In this document: positions 1 to 10,330 of the stretch, piece after piece
How the letters are laid out: each line of letters starts with the position of its first letter
Numbering within the stretch: the stretch's first letter is position 1
DNA from: Chloroflexota bacterium
Lineage (GTDB): Bacteria; Chloroflexota; UBA11872; VXNJ01
Direction of reading: 5' to 3'
Length of the DNA: 64,000 nucleotides
NCBI GenBank assembly: GCA_965207915.1
Contig: OZ242304.1
Location: 406,196 to 470,195 of the forward strand
Notes under the pieces: model-generated
Seen by the model: only the letters and a program-made list of their open reading frames with translations
Told to the model about the DNA's origin: nothing
Databases searched by the model: none
Made by a program: the position numbers and the translations under genes

Positions 1-378
1 GGCCGATACGGTGAGTTTGCGTTCCAGCGATCCGCTGCCCAGGATCTTGATTGGGCCGCGCTTGGCGATGCCGGCCGCGATCAATTCGCTGGGTCCAACT
101 TCAGCGCCGTCTTCAAACGCATTCAGCGCGGAAACGTTCACCGGTTCGAATTCGGTGCGATAGCGCGCGTTAGAAAAGCCGGGCAACTTCGGGAACCGGC
201 GGAGGATGGGAGTCTGTCCGCCTTCGGCGTACCAGCGCCGATTGGCGCCGGACCTTGACTTGGCGCCCTTTTGACCCCGTCCGGCCGTCCGTCCGCGACC
301 GGAACCGATTCCGCGTCCGATTCGCTGGCGGGCTCGCTTTTTCGACCCGCTGACGGCCAATCCGATGTCATTTGCCAT
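1..378 (-). CDS. rplO: 50S ribosomal protein L15 (3' end runs off the window start)
   Basis: Manual translation of the minus frame from the ATG at ~378 gives [68 protein letters not shown], a canonical L15 N-terminus. Not in the ORF track because no stop codon lies inside the window. Confidence 0.85.
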   Translation of the reverse strand, partial: MANDIGLAVSGSKKRARQRIGRGIGSGRGRTAGRGQKGAKSRSGANRRWYAEGGQTPILRRFPKLPGFSNARYRTEFEPVNVSALNAFEDGAEVGPSELIAAGIAKRGPIKILGSGSLERKLTVSA

Positions 379-571
379 CGTCGGAGCCCTTTTCGACAGT
401 GGAGACGTCGACGAGGTGGCTTACGCTGTGCGCCATGCCCCGGATCGCGGGGTTGTCGGGATGGTGGACGACCTGCCCGATTCGGCGCAGGCCGAGCGCG
501 ACAACCGTGTCCTTGTGCTGCTGCAGCGCCCCGATCGGGCTGCGCCGCAGCGTGATTTCAAGAAGCGCCAT
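368..571 (-). CDS. rpmD: 50S ribosomal protein L30
   Basis: 67 aa, [46 protein letters not shown] matches the L30 consensus; sits between rpsE and rplO. Confidence 0.9.
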   Translation of the reverse strand: MALLEITLRRSPIGALQQHKDTVVALGLRRIGQVVHHPDNPAIRGMAHSVSHLVDVSTVEKGSDDGK

Positions 572-1079
572 TTGAACTGGCGCGCTGCCGACGACTTGGC
601 CGCCGCAGCTTTGCGTTGGCCGGAACGCTCAGATCGTTGAGCGCTGCCATCGTCGCTTTGGCAAGGTTCATCGAATTCGACGATCCGAACGCTTTGGTCA
701 ATACGTTGGAGATTCCGGCCGCTTCCACGACCGCGCGGACCGCTCCGCCTGCGATTACTCCGGTACCGGGACTGGAGGGGCGCAGGACCACTTTCGAGGC
801 TCCATAGCGGCCCTCGACATAGTGCGGAATGGTGCCGTCATCGCAGACCGGAACCGAGACCATGGCGGCACGCGCTTTCTCGTGCGCCTTGCGGATCGCC
901 GAGGCGACCTCGCGGGCTTTGCCCAGTCCGAGTCCGACCCTGGTTTGCCCGTCGCCGACAACTACCACGGCGTTGAATCCAAACGTGCGCCCGCCCTTAA
1001 CGACCTTGGCCACGCGCTTGATGCGGACAACGCGCTCTTCGATGCGCTGACCGCCGTCGACGTTGCTGCGTGCACTCAA
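558..1079 (-). CDS. rpsE: 30S ribosomal protein S5
   Basis: 173 aa with the [25 protein letters not shown]5 signature; TTG start. Confidence 0.93.
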   Translation of the reverse strand: MSARSNVDGGQRIEERVVRIKRVAKVVKGGRTFGFNAVVVVGDGQTRVGLGLGKAREVASAIRKAHEKARAAMVSVPVCDDGTIPHYVEGRYGASKVVLRPSSPGTGVIAGGAVRAVVEAAGISNVLTKAFGSSNSMNLAKATMAALNDLSVPANAKLRRPSRRQRASSNGAS

Positions 1080-1094
1080 TTCAGATTGCTCTTT

Positions 1095-1454
1095 CTAAAT
1101 CCGTAGACCCGCCGCGCGTGCGCCATTGGTGAGCGCCGCAACGCGGCCGTGAAAGCGATGTCCGCCGCGATCGAGCACCGCCGATTCGAGGTTGGCTCCG
1201 GCAGCCCGTTTGGCCAGCAGTTCGCCAACCTTGCGGGCGGCCTCGGTCTTGCTGCCGGATTCGCCCAGATCTTTGTCGAGGCTCGATGCCGACGCCAGCG
1301 TTACGCCGGCGTCGTCGTCAATCAATTGTCCGTAGATGTGGCGGTTGCTGCGAAACACCGCCAGCCGCGGACGCGCTGCCGAACCGCGCACTTTTTTGCG
1401 GATGATCCGATGGCGGCGGCGGCGGTCGGCACTACGTGATCGCTTTTTCATCAA
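1095..1454 (-). CDS. rplR: 50S ribosomal protein L18
   Basis: 119 aa, ...RRRRHRIIRKKVRGSAARPRLAVFRSNRHIYGQLIDD typical of L18. Confidence 0.93.
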   Translation of the reverse strand: MMKKRSRSADRRRRHRIIRKKVRGSAARPRLAVFRSNRHIYGQLIDDDAGVTLASASSLDKDLGESGSKTEAARKVGELLAKRAAGANLESAVLDRGGHRFHGRVAALTNGARAAGLRI

Positions 1455-1999
1455 CCCGCCCCGATCGCTGCCTTGCCCGGCTTGAGGCGAACCACTTCGC
1501 CTGCATAGCGGATTCCCTTGCCTTTGTATGCGTCGGGCTTGCGCAACGCTCGCAGATTCGCGGCGGTCCGCCCGACCAGCTCTTTGTCGATGCCGCGCAC
1601 TGTCACCCGGTTGGCGCCTTCCAACTGAAGTTCTATTCCATCCGGGGCCGTGAAGATTACCGGGTGCGACATGCCGATCTGCATTTCGATGCCGTCGGCG
1701 TGGTCCTGGGCCCGGTAACCGGTCCCGACGATGTCGAGCGTGCGTGAGTATCCCTGGGTGACCCCGACCACGTTGTTGGCAATAAGCGAACGCGAGAGTC
1801 CGTGCAGCGATCGTTGCCGCGACGAGTTGTTGCGGCGCGTGACTTTGACCTGGCCATCCTCGATTGCGGCATTGATACCGGACTGGAGCTGTAGTTCGAG
1901 CTTGCCCAACGGACCCTGGACCACGACCCGCCCCGAACTCGAGCAGTCGACCTCGACCCCGTCCGGGATCGGAATCGGCAGCATGCCTACGCGCGACAC
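1451..1999 (-). CDS. rplF: 50S ribosomal protein L6
   Basis: 182 aa, position in the spc operon; MSRVGMLPIPIPDGVEV... L6-like. Confidence 0.9.
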   Translation of the reverse strand: MSRVGMLPIPIPDGVEVDCSSSGRVVVQGPLGKLELQLQSGINAAIEDGQVKVTRRNNSSRQRSLHGLSRSLIANNVVGVTQGYSRTLDIVGTGYRAQDHADGIEMQIGMSHPVIFTAPDGIELQLEGANRVTVRGIDKELVGRTAANLRALRKPDAYKGKGIRYAGEVVRLKPGKAAIGAG

Positions 2000-2006
2000 T
2001 GTCCGG

Positions 2007-2432
2007 CTACCAGACCGAGCAGATGTGCTCGCCGCCGAGTTTGCGGCGATAGGCCTGTCGGCCGGTCATGATGCCCTGCGAGGTGGAGATGATCGCGATT
2101 CCGGTCCCGCCGCGAATCAGCGGGATTTCGCGGGCGCGCGTGTATTGGCGCCGTCCCGGCTTGGAAACGCGCTTGGCTGCCTTGATGACCGGCTGGCGGT
2201 CGGTGTCGTACTTGAGCAGGATTCGTAGTTGCGCCTGCGGGCCTTCGACCTCGAGCTGTTCGAATCCGGCGATGTACCCCTCGCGTTCCAGGATTCCGAG
2301 TATGCTGGCCTTCTGTCGGGACGCCGGAACGTCGGTGTGAGGGAGCCCGGCCTGGCCCGCATTGCGAATGCGTGCCAGCAGGTCGCCGATCGGGTCCGAG
2401 TGCGAATAGCGGAGTACGGAGGGGCGCGCCAC
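2007..2432 (-). CDS. rpsH: 30S ribosomal protein S8
   Basis: Track ORF 2007..2597 is over-extended; the conserved S8 core SDPIGDLLARIRNAGQAG...EHICSVW starts at an in-frame GTG (~2432) just downstream of the rpsZ stop. Confidence 0.85.
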   Translation of the reverse strand: MARPSVLRYSHSDPIGDLLARIRNAGQAGLPHTDVPASRQKASILGILEREGYIAGFEQLEVEGPQAQLRILLKYDTDRQPVIKAAKRVSKPGRRQYTRAREIPLIRGGTGIAIISTSQGIMTGRQAYRRKLGGEHICSVW

Positions 2433-2437
2433 GTCGG

Positions 2438-2623
2438 TTACCAACTCGACTTGATGATGCCGGGAATCTCGCCGCGAAGGGCCCGTTCGCGGAAGCAGAT
2501 TCGGCACAGGCCGAACTTGCGAATGTAGCCGCGCGGTCGCCCGCACAGTCCGCAGCGGTGATGGAAGCGCACCTTGAATTTGGGCGGACGCTTCCACTTT
2601 TCAATCAGCGCTTTCTTGGCCAT
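2438..2623 (-). CDS. rpsZ: 30S ribosomal protein S14 type Z (zinc-ribbon form)
   Basis: 61 aa with the CxxC...CxxC zinc ribbon (CGLCGRP...CRIC); between rplE and rpsH. Confidence 0.92.
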   Translation of the reverse strand: MAKKALIEKWKRPPKFKVRFHHRCGLCGRPRGYIRKFGLCRICFRERALRGEIPGIIKSSW

Positions 2624-3180
2624 CAGTTCATGCTCCCCTCGGCCTGGAACGGGCAGCCCAGCGCTTCCAGTAGGGCCAGACCGTGGGCGTCGTTGATTGC
2701 TGTAGTCACAAAAGTCACCTGGAAACCCCGCACGCGGTCGATCTTGGTGTAGTCGATCTCAGGAAAGATCAGTTGTTCGTCAAACCCGGTGGAGTAGTTT
2801 CCGCGGCCGTCGAATGACCGCCGGGAAAGTCCGCGGAAGTCGCGCACCCGCGGGATTCCAATCGAAAACAGCCGATCGACAAAGTGGTACATGCGATCGC
2901 CGCGCAGCGTAACCATCACCCCGACGCGCATCCCCTTGCGCAGCGAAAAATTCGAAATTGACCGTGTCGCCCGGGTGATTACCGGTTTCTGGCCAGTGAT
3001 GATTCCCAGGTCGCGGGCCGCGTTCTCGGGCGCATTCTGGTCGGAAATCGCCTCGCCGACGCCGCTGTTGACCACGACCTTGACCAACTGCGGCACTTCC
3101 ATGACGTTGGCGATGCCCAGCTCGCGCGCCAGCTGAGGCCGGAATTCGTCCACGTATCGCCTGCGCAGTCGGGAAATCAC
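2623..3180 (-). CDS. rplE: 50S ribosomal protein L5
   Basis: 185 aa; operon position and conserved L5 core. Confidence 0.92.
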   Translation of the reverse strand: MISRLRRRYVDEFRPQLARELGIANVMEVPQLVKVVVNSGVGEAISDQNAPENAARDLGIITGQKPVITRATRSISNFSLRKGMRVGVMVTLRGDRMYHFVDRLFSIGIPRVRDFRGLSRRSFDGRGNYSTGFDEQLIFPEIDYTKIDRVRGFQVTFVTTAINDAHGLALLEALGCPFQAEGSMN

Positions 3181-3512
3181 TGGTTGTCTACTACCTCGCC
3201 CGACGATTTGGCGTAGCGGACCCGCCGTCCGTCCGCCAGCGTCTGCTTGCCGACGCGGGTCGGTTGCTGCGTGGCCGGATCGATCAATTTCACGTTGGAA
3301 ACGTGCATCGGGGCCGCGAAATCGATGATTCCGGTTGGTCGACCGGGACCGGAAAAACGGGCGTGCCGCTTCCGCAGGTTCACGCCCTCGACGACGACCT
3401 GCCGGGTCTTTTTCAGAACCTGGGTCACCGAACCGCGTTTGCCGCGCTCGGGTCCGGAAATCACGACGACCTCGTCGCCCTGCTTGATTCGAATCGACGC
3501 CATGGGAATCAA
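3177..3512 (-). CDS. rplX: 50S ribosomal protein L24
   Basis: 111 aa with a KOW motif ([19 protein letters not shown]). Confidence 0.92.
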   Translation of the reverse strand: MIPMASIRIKQGDEVVVISGPERGKRGSVTQVLKKTRQVVVEGVNLRKRHARFSGPGRPTGIIDFAAPMHVSNVKLIDPATQQPTRVGKQTLADGRRVRYAKSSGEVVDNQ

Positions 3513-3877
3513 AGGACCTCGGGCGCCAGTGAAATCACCCGTGCGAAGCGCGCATCACGCAGTTCGCGGGCAACCGGTCCAAATATTCTGGTTCCAATCG
3601 GCGCTTGCTGACCGTCAACCAGCACCGCGGCGTTGTCGTCGAAGCGGATCCGCGACCCGTCGCGGCGCTTGTATTCCTTGGCCACCCTCACGATCACCGC
3701 GTGGGCGACCCGGCCTTTAGGAATCGGGCTGTTGGGCACGGCGGATTTGACCGAACCGACAACCACGTCGCCGACCGATGCGTAGCGCCGACCGGTGCCG
3801 CCGAGAACCCTGATCACCAGGAGTTCGCGGGCGCCGGTGTTGTCAGCGATCTTGACTCGAGACTGTTGCTGAATCAC
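3509..3877 (-). CDS. rplN: 50S ribosomal protein L14
   Basis: 122 aa, [27 protein letters not shown] canonical L14. Confidence 0.95.
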   Translation of the reverse strand: MIQQQSRVKIADNTGARELLVIRVLGGTGRRYASVGDVVVGSVKSAVPNSPIPKGRVAHAVIVRVAKEYKRRDGSRIRFDDNAAVLVDGQQAPIGTRIFGPVARELRDARFARVISLAPEVL

Positions 3878-4159
3878 TCAGGCTTCCAAGTCTTCGATGT
3901 CGGCGGCGACGGCCGGGGCGGTGTCGACCACCTGGCGCAGCCGCCATCGCTTGCGCGCCGAGAGGGGACGACACTCCTCGATGACGACCAAGTCGCCATT
4001 CTTGGAAGCGTTGTCGGCGTCATGGATCATGTAGCGCTTGCGCCGTCGGACTTGCTTGCCGTAAAGCGGGTGGCGCACGACGCGGGTGTGTTCAACTACC
4101 CGCGACTTGTCCATCCGGTCGGAGACCACGATGCAGCGCAACCTTCGCTTGCCAGCCAT
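3878..4159 (-). CDS. rpsQ: 30S ribosomal protein S17
   Basis: 93 aa, GKRRLRCIVVSDRMDKSRVV... S17-like. Confidence 0.9.
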   Translation of the reverse strand: MAGKRRLRCIVVSDRMDKSRVVEHTRVVRHPLYGKQVRRRKRYMIHDADNASKNGDLVVIEECRPLSARKRWRLRQVVDTAPAVAADIEDLEA

Positions 4160-4161
4160 GG

Positions 4162-4380
4162 TCAGACGCCTTCCTGGCCCGTCACGGGAGCGCTCAGCTT
4201 CGCCGAAAGTACGGTCAGCATGCGGGCAATATCCTTGCGCGCTTTGTGGATCTGTGAGTTGTCGTCGAGTTGGTGCGTAGCGGCGCTGACGCGCAACTGG
4301 AACAGGTCGTTGCGGCGGTCGGCGATCGCAGTCTCCAGCTCAAGCGGACTCATCGCCCGGAGCTGCTCCATGTCAGCCAA
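4162..4380 (-). CDS. rpmC: 50S ribosomal protein L29
   Basis: 72 aa, helical L29-like; S10-operon position. Confidence 0.88.
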   Translation of the reverse strand: MADMEQLRAMSPLELETAIADRRNDLFQLRVSAATHQLDDNSQIHKARKDIARMLTVLSAKLSAPVTGQEGV

Positions 4381-4798
4381 CTACAAACTCCTCGGTGCGA
4401 CTCAGAATGCGGGAGGCCACCGGCAGCTTGTTGGCCGCCAGCTGGAGCGCCCGCACGGCAACGTCCGATTCGACTCCGGAAATCTCAAATAGAACCCGTC
4501 CGGGCTTGATCGGCGCCACCCAGCGATCGGTAGCGCCCTTGCCGCCGCCCATGCGCGTCTCGATCGGTTTCGAGGAGACCGGCTTGTCGGGAAAAACGCA
4601 AATCCAAACCCGGCCCTGGCGGCGCATTTGCCCGGTCAGGACGCGCCGCGCGGCTTCGATCTGACGCGAGTCCATGAACCCGCGCTCGGTCGCCTGCAGA
4701 CCCCAATCGCCGTGCCGAACCGAGTTTCCGCGGGTCGCCCGGCCACGGTTCTTCCCGCGCATTCTCTTCTGGTGCTTCAAGCGCTTCGGCATGAGCAT
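4373..4798 (-). CDS. rplP: 50S ribosomal protein L16
   Basis: 141 aa, MLMPKRLKHQKRMRGKNRGRATRGN canonical L16. Confidence 0.95.
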   Translation of the reverse strand: MLMPKRLKHQKRMRGKNRGRATRGNSVRHGDWGLQATERGFMDSRQIEAARRVLTGQMRRQGRVWICVFPDKPVSSKPIETRMGGGKGATDRWVAPIKPGRVLFEISGVESDVAVRALQLAANKLPVASRILSRTEEFVVG

Positions 4799-4800
4799 GG

Positions 4801-5535
4801 TCAGCGCTCCAGGCCGGCCGGCAGGACATCGCCGATCCCCGACCGGTTCTGATCGGAGGCCCGGCGGGCGCGATCGCCACGATGCACCCAGGCCTTGACC
4901 CCGATCGTTCCGTAGGTGGTGCGCGCCACAGCCTGCCCGTAATCGATGTCGGCGGTCAGCGTCTGCAGCGGCACACGGCCCTCTATTTCATATTCAGTGC
5001 GCGCCATGTCGCGCCCGCCCAGGCGCCCGGCAACCTGAATCTTGGCTCCTTCGGCCCAGGCCCGCAGGCAGCGCTCGGCGGCCGATTTCATCGCCCGCCG
5101 GAAGGAAACGCGCCGTTCGATCTGATCGGCCACCGATCTGGCCACCAAGTAAGCGTCAAGGTCGGGCGAAGTGATTTCGGTCACATCGACGTCGATGCGC
5201 TTGCCGATTTCCTTGGACAGCGCTTTCTGCAGGGCTTCGCGGTTGGAACCGCCTCGGCCGATTACGACGCCGGGGCGCGAGGTGTGGATGTTGATCCGGA
5301 CCATGTCCTGCACGCGCCGGATGAGGATGCGTGACACCCCGGCGCTGTAGGAACGGCGTCGCCCGCCCCGGTCTTCGTGCTGTCCGGGCGGGTTCTTCAG
5401 CCACGTGCGGACGAAGTCGCGGATGCGCGCGTCTTCGATGACCAGATCGGCAAATCGCCGGTCGGCGTACCACTGGCTGTCCCAGCCGCGGTAGTTGCCG
5501 AGCCGAAATCCAACCGGGTGAACTTTACGACCCAT
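4801..5535 (-). CDS. rpsC: 30S ribosomal protein S3
   Basis: 244 aa, MGRKVHPVGFRLG... with KH domain; S3. Confidence 0.95.
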   Translation of the reverse strand: MGRKVHPVGFRLGNYRGWDSQWYADRRFADLVIEDARIRDFVRTWLKNPPGQHEDRGGRRRSYSAGVSRILIRRVQDMVRINIHTSRPGVVIGRGGSNREALQKALSKEIGKRIDVDVTEITSPDLDAYLVARSVADQIERRVSFRRAMKSAAERCLRAWAEGAKIQVAGRLGGRDMARTEYEIEGRVPLQTLTADIDYGQAVARTTYGTIGVKAWVHRGDRARRASDQNRSGIGDVLPAGLER

Positions 5536-5874
5536 CTACGCCTCGATCTCGTCTACGACCACGGTGATGTGGCACATGCGGCGCCGGTAAAACCCGGCCC
5601 TGCCGCGCGATTTGGCCCGCATTCGCCGAAGGCGCGGCCCGTCATCTACGAATGCCCTGGCTACGTAAAGCGACTCGGGATTCAGTCCGTAGTTGTTTTC
5701 GGCGTTGGCGACGGCCGACTTGATCGTCTTGGCGATCATCGCCGCCGACCGGTTCGGAAGGTAGGCCAACAACGAAAACGCTTCGCCAATCCCCAGACCC
5801 TTGAGCTGGTCGGTGACCAGTCGGGCCTTGCGTGGGGCGATGCGCAGGTATCGCGAGGTGGCTGCGACTTCCAT
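5536..5874 (-). CDS. rplV: 50S ribosomal protein L22
   Basis: 112 aa, L22-like (...RYLRIAPRKARLV...). Confidence 0.92.
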   Translation of the reverse strand: MEVAATSRYLRIAPRKARLVTDQLKGLGIGEAFSLLAYLPNRSAAMIAKTIKSAVANAENNYGLNPESLYVARAFVDDGPRLRRMRAKSRGRAGFYRRRMCHITVVVDEIEA

Positions 5875-5899
5875 TCGCGTCCGCTATCTCCTGGTCCGC

Positions 5900-6178
5900 T
5901 CAGCGGCCGGTGCGGGCCCGGGATCCCGAGTGCCCGCGGAATACGCGGGTGGGCGCAAACTCGCCGAGCTTGTGGCCCACCATGTTTTCAGTTATGTAAA
6001 TAGGGACGTGGCGGCGGCCGTCGTGGACGGCGATCGTGTGCCCGACCATCTCCGGGAAGATCATCGAGCGCCGGCTCCAGGTGCGCAAGACCTGCTTGAC
6101 GCCCCGGCGATCGAGGGCTTTTACGCGACGCAACAATTTGCGGTCCGCGTACGGTCCCTTTTTCAGCGATCTAGGCAT
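5900..6178 (-). CDS. rpsS: 30S ribosomal protein S19
   Basis: 92 aa, [12 protein letters not shown]...[22 protein letters not shown] canonical S19. Confidence 0.95.
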   Translation of the reverse strand: MPRSLKKGPYADRKLLRRVKALDRRGVKQVLRTWSRRSMIFPEMVGHTIAVHDGRRHVPIYITENMVGHKLGEFAPTRVFRGHSGSRARTGR

Positions 6179-6209
6179 TTTTGTCCGGGGTTTCTTCTTA
6201 AGAGTTCAG

Positions 6210-7043
6210 TTAACGCCGCGTCCGGCGCCGGCGCAGGATCAATTTGTCGCTGCGGCGTTTGCCGATTCTGGTTTTGCGCCCCAGCGCCGAGCGACCCCAA
6301 GGAGTCTTGGGAGGCATCCCGGTGGGCGCTTTGCCTTCGCCGCCGCCGTGCGGATGGTCTTTGGGGTTCATCGCCGACCCGCGCACGCTCGGTCGGCGCC
6401 CCCGGTGGCGGGAACGTCCGGCTTTGCCCAGCGACTGGTTCGAGTGATCCTCGTTGCCAGAGCGACCAATTGTCGCAAAACAGGCGCCGCTGACCATTCG
6501 CATCTCACCGGACGGCATGCGCAACGTCGCCATGCCGCGATCCTTGGCCAGGACCTGCAGGTAGGACCCGGCCGCACGCGCCAATTGGGCGCCCCGGCCG
6601 GGGGTCAATTCGACGCAATGGACCACGGTACCGTCCGGAATGTCCTGCAACGCCAGGGCGTTGCCCACGGTCAAGGCAGAACCGGGTCCGGACTGGACGG
6701 TGGAACCCAGGGCCAACCCGGACGGCGCGACGATATAGCGTTTTTCGCCGTCGGCGTAGTGGAGCAGCGCCAAACGCGCCGATCGGTTCGGATCGTATTC
6801 GATCTGGGCGACCTTGGCCGGCACGCCCCATTTGTCACGCTTCCAATCGACCTGGCGCAGCTTGCGCTTGTGGCCGCCGCCCTGGTGGCGCACCGTGACC
6901 CGGCCCTGATTGTTGCGGCCGGCGCGCGATTTGCGCGGGCGGGTGAGTTTTTTCTCCGGCCGGCGGCGCGTGATGTCGGAAGAGTCGACCGAGACGTATT
7001 CGCGCCGCCCCGGCGAGGTCGGTCTGTAAGTCTTTACCGGCAT
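6210..7043 (-). CDS. rplB: 50S ribosomal protein L2
   Basis: 277 aa, L2 core (GRNN.G...RHQGGGHKR). Confidence 0.95.
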   Translation of the reverse strand: MPVKTYRPTSPGRREYVSVDSSDITRRRPEKKLTRPRKSRAGRNNQGRVTVRHQGGGHKRKLRQVDWKRDKWGVPAKVAQIEYDPNRSARLALLHYADGEKRYIVAPSGLALGSTVQSGPGSALTVGNALALQDIPDGTVVHCVELTPGRGAQLARAAGSYLQVLAKDRGMATLRMPSGEMRMVSGACFATIGRSGNEDHSNQSLGKAGRSRHRGRRPSVRGSAMNPKDHPHGGGEGKAPTGMPPKTPWGRSALGRKTRIGKRRSDKLILRRRRTRR

Positions 7044-7065
7044 GTCTGTTCGCCCGAATCCTCGA

Positions 7066-7347
7066 TCAGGCGCCGAACACGTCGATGCGGTCGTCGGGGC
7101 CCAGGGTCACGATCGCTTTCTTCCAGTCCGACGTGCGGCCGGTATGGCGACCGAAACGCCGGCTGCGGCCGCGCTGTGAAATCACGTTGACTTTGACAAC
7201 CTTGACTTCGAACATGCGTTCGACTGCTTCGCGAATCTGAATCTTGTTGGCCGATCGATCGACCTTGAAGACATATTTGTTTTCTTCGGCCAGGTAGGTC
7301 GATTTCTCGGTCACTATGGGAGCGATCAGCACGCTGGCGGCGTCCAT
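7066..7347 (-). CDS. rplW: 50S ribosomal protein L23
   Basis: 93 aa, L23-like; position. Confidence 0.9.
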   Translation of the reverse strand: MDAASVLIAPIVTEKSTYLAEENKYVFKVDRSANKIQIREAVERMFEVKVVKVNVISQRGRSRRFGRHTGRTSDWKKAIVTLGPDDRIDVFGA

Positions 7348-7350
7348 CGC

Positions 7351-8004
7351 TCAGCCGCTCCGGTCAACCAGCGTCGCCACCGCGTCAGCGGAAACGACCA
7401 GCGTGTCAGACACCAGCACGTCGTAAGTGGATAGGGTGTCGGCGCGGGCAACATCCACGTGCGGGATGTTGGCGGAAGACCGCAACAACGATTGCTGCGG
7501 GTCGCTGTCCACGAGGAGGACGCGCCCGCTGCCGGAAAGCCCGGCCTCTTTGAGCCAGGTGGCCCGGGTACGGGTCTTGCCGTCACCCAGATCAATCGGA
7601 TCGGCCCCGCGGATGCTCCCGGATCGCGCCTTGAGCGCCAGTGCCTGAACGAACGCGCTTCGTCGTTCGCGTCGCGAGAGCTGGCGGGATTTCTTCAGGG
7701 GCTTGGGCGCGAACGCCAGGCCGCCACCGCGCCAGATCGGCGATCTGATTGATCCGTGGCGGGCCCGGCCGGTGCCCTTTTGGCGCCATGGTTTGCGTCC
7801 GCCGCCGCGGACCTCAGACCTCAGCAGCGTGGACCGGTTGCCTTCGGCCGAATTCAGATGGTGGTCGGCGACCGCGCGTTTGAGAAGGTACTGGTTGATC
7901 TCGCAGTCGAACCAGGCCTGGGGCAATTCGAGCTTGGCTCTTTTCTTCCGGCCATTTGCCCCGATGACCGGGATACGGGTAGTGGCCGCGGGTTCCGAAG
8001 CCAT
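7351..8004 (-). CDS. rplD: 50S ribosomal protein L4
   Basis: 217 aa, L4-like; position. Confidence 0.9.
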   Translation of the reverse strand: MASEPAATTRIPVIGANGRKKRAKLELPQAWFDCEINQYLLKRAVADHHLNSAEGNRSTLLRSEVRGGGRKPWRQKGTGRARHGSIRSPIWRGGGLAFAPKPLKKSRQLSRRERRSAFVQALALKARSGSIRGADPIDLGDGKTRTRATWLKEAGLSGSGRVLLVDSDPQQSLLRSSANIPHVDVARADTLSTYDVLVSDTLVVSADAVATLVDRSG

Positions 8005-8008
8005 TCCG

Positions 8009-8635
8009 TTAGCTGACCTTCTCGATCGCCAGCAGCGAGCCGTTTGGCCCGGGAACCGCGCCCGAAAGCAACAGCAGGTTGCGCTCGGGATCGACCCGTA
8101 CGACCTTTACTCGTGAAAGCGTCGTGCGCTGCCCGCCGGAGCGACCGGCCATCTTTTTGCCCTTGAAAACCCTGCCCGGGTCCGTGCCCGCCCCGATCGA
8201 GCCAGGTGCCCTTTCGCGATCGGACTGACCATGCGTGCGGCGGCCTCCGCGGAAGCCGTGCCGCTTCATTACGCCGGTGAATCCGCGCCCCTTGCTGGTG
8301 CCGACGACTTTCACGCGCCGCGCATCAGAGAGCACCGAGACCGTTATTTCCTGGCCCCGTTCGACGTCTTCAAGGTCATCGGACGATGCCCGGAATTCGC
8401 GAAGGTGGTTGAACGCGCCCAGTCCCTCGAGGTGTCCCAGCTCGGGATTGCTCAGCTTCTGTTCGCGGGTCGCCCCGTAAGCCAGCTGGGCGGCATCGTA
8501 GCCGTCTGACTCGCGCGACTTGACCTGGGAGACCACGCACGGACCGGCGCTGATAACCGTGACCGGCACATAGCGGCCGTCGTCATCGTAGACGTGCGAC
8601 ATGCCCAGCTTGGTTCCGAGCAATGCGGCGATCAT
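8009..8635 (-). CDS. rplC: 50S ribosomal protein L3
   Basis: 208 aa, L3-like (...KGKGFTGVMKRHGF.G...THG). Confidence 0.93.
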   Translation of the reverse strand: MIAALLGTKLGMSHVYDDDGRYVPVTVISAGPCVVSQVKSRESDGYDAAQLAYGATREQKLSNPELGHLEGLGAFNHLREFRASSDDLEDVERGQEITVSVLSDARRVKVVGTSKGRGFTGVMKRHGFRGGRRTHGQSDRERAPGSIGAGTDPGRVFKGKKMAGRSGGQRTTLSRVKVVRVDPERNLLLLSGAVPGPNGSLLAIEKVS

Positions 8636-8642
8636 GACCGGA

Positions 8643-9005
8643 TCAGGATTTCATTTCGATGTCCACCCCGGCCGGCAGATCCAGGCTCAGGAGGGCGTCC
8701 ATCGTTTCTTGATTGGGGTCGGAAACGAATATGACCCGGCGGTGGGTGCGCATCTCGAATTGCTCGCGCGAGTCCTTGTCGATGAACGGCGAGCGAATCA
8801 CCGTCCACTTGTTCTTCTTGGTGGGCAGTGGGACCGCGGTCACGGTCGCGCCGCTGCGCCGAACGCTGTCCAGGATCCGGCGGACCGACTGGTCCAGGAT
8901 GCGGTGATCGTAGGCGTTGAGCCTGATCCGGAAGCGCTGGCGCCGCGGCCGGCCGCGGCGACGGGTGCGCGTCCGGCGCCTGGTACGACTCGAACGCTCC
9001 GCCAC
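8643..9005 (-). CDS. rpsJ: 30S ribosomal protein S10 (with ~20-aa Arg-rich N-terminal extension)
   Basis: S10 core ([15 protein letters not shown]...[10 protein letters not shown]) preceded by [23 protein letters not shown]; the GTG start is the only start codon in frame. Confidence 0.88.
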   Translation of the reverse strand: MAERSSRTRRRTRTRRRGRPRRQRFRIRLNAYDHRILDQSVRRILDSVRRSGATVTAVPLPTKKNKWTVIRSPFIDKDSREQFEMRTHRRVIFVSDPNQETMDALLSLDLPAGVDIEMKS

Positions 9006-9038
9006 CTTGACCTGCCTGCTGTCTGTCTGTGTTCGCGC

Positions 9039-10241
<1,203 letters not shown>

Positions 10242-10330
10242 TAGTTTTCTGCCCCTCGGAGCATTAATGCGGTGTTGCTAAGAAACGATGGTAGCCAATT
10301 GCTTGGCTGTTTAAACAAAGTCGACCGTTG

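Noticed and set aside
138-371. 77-aa minus-strand track ORF at the window start
   Set aside because: Wrong frame. The L15 protein is encoded in a different frame of the same region (start ~378); this ORF is an overlapping artefact.
6036-7190. 384-aa plus-strand ORF
   Set aside because: Antisense to rplB, rplW and rpsS; spurious.
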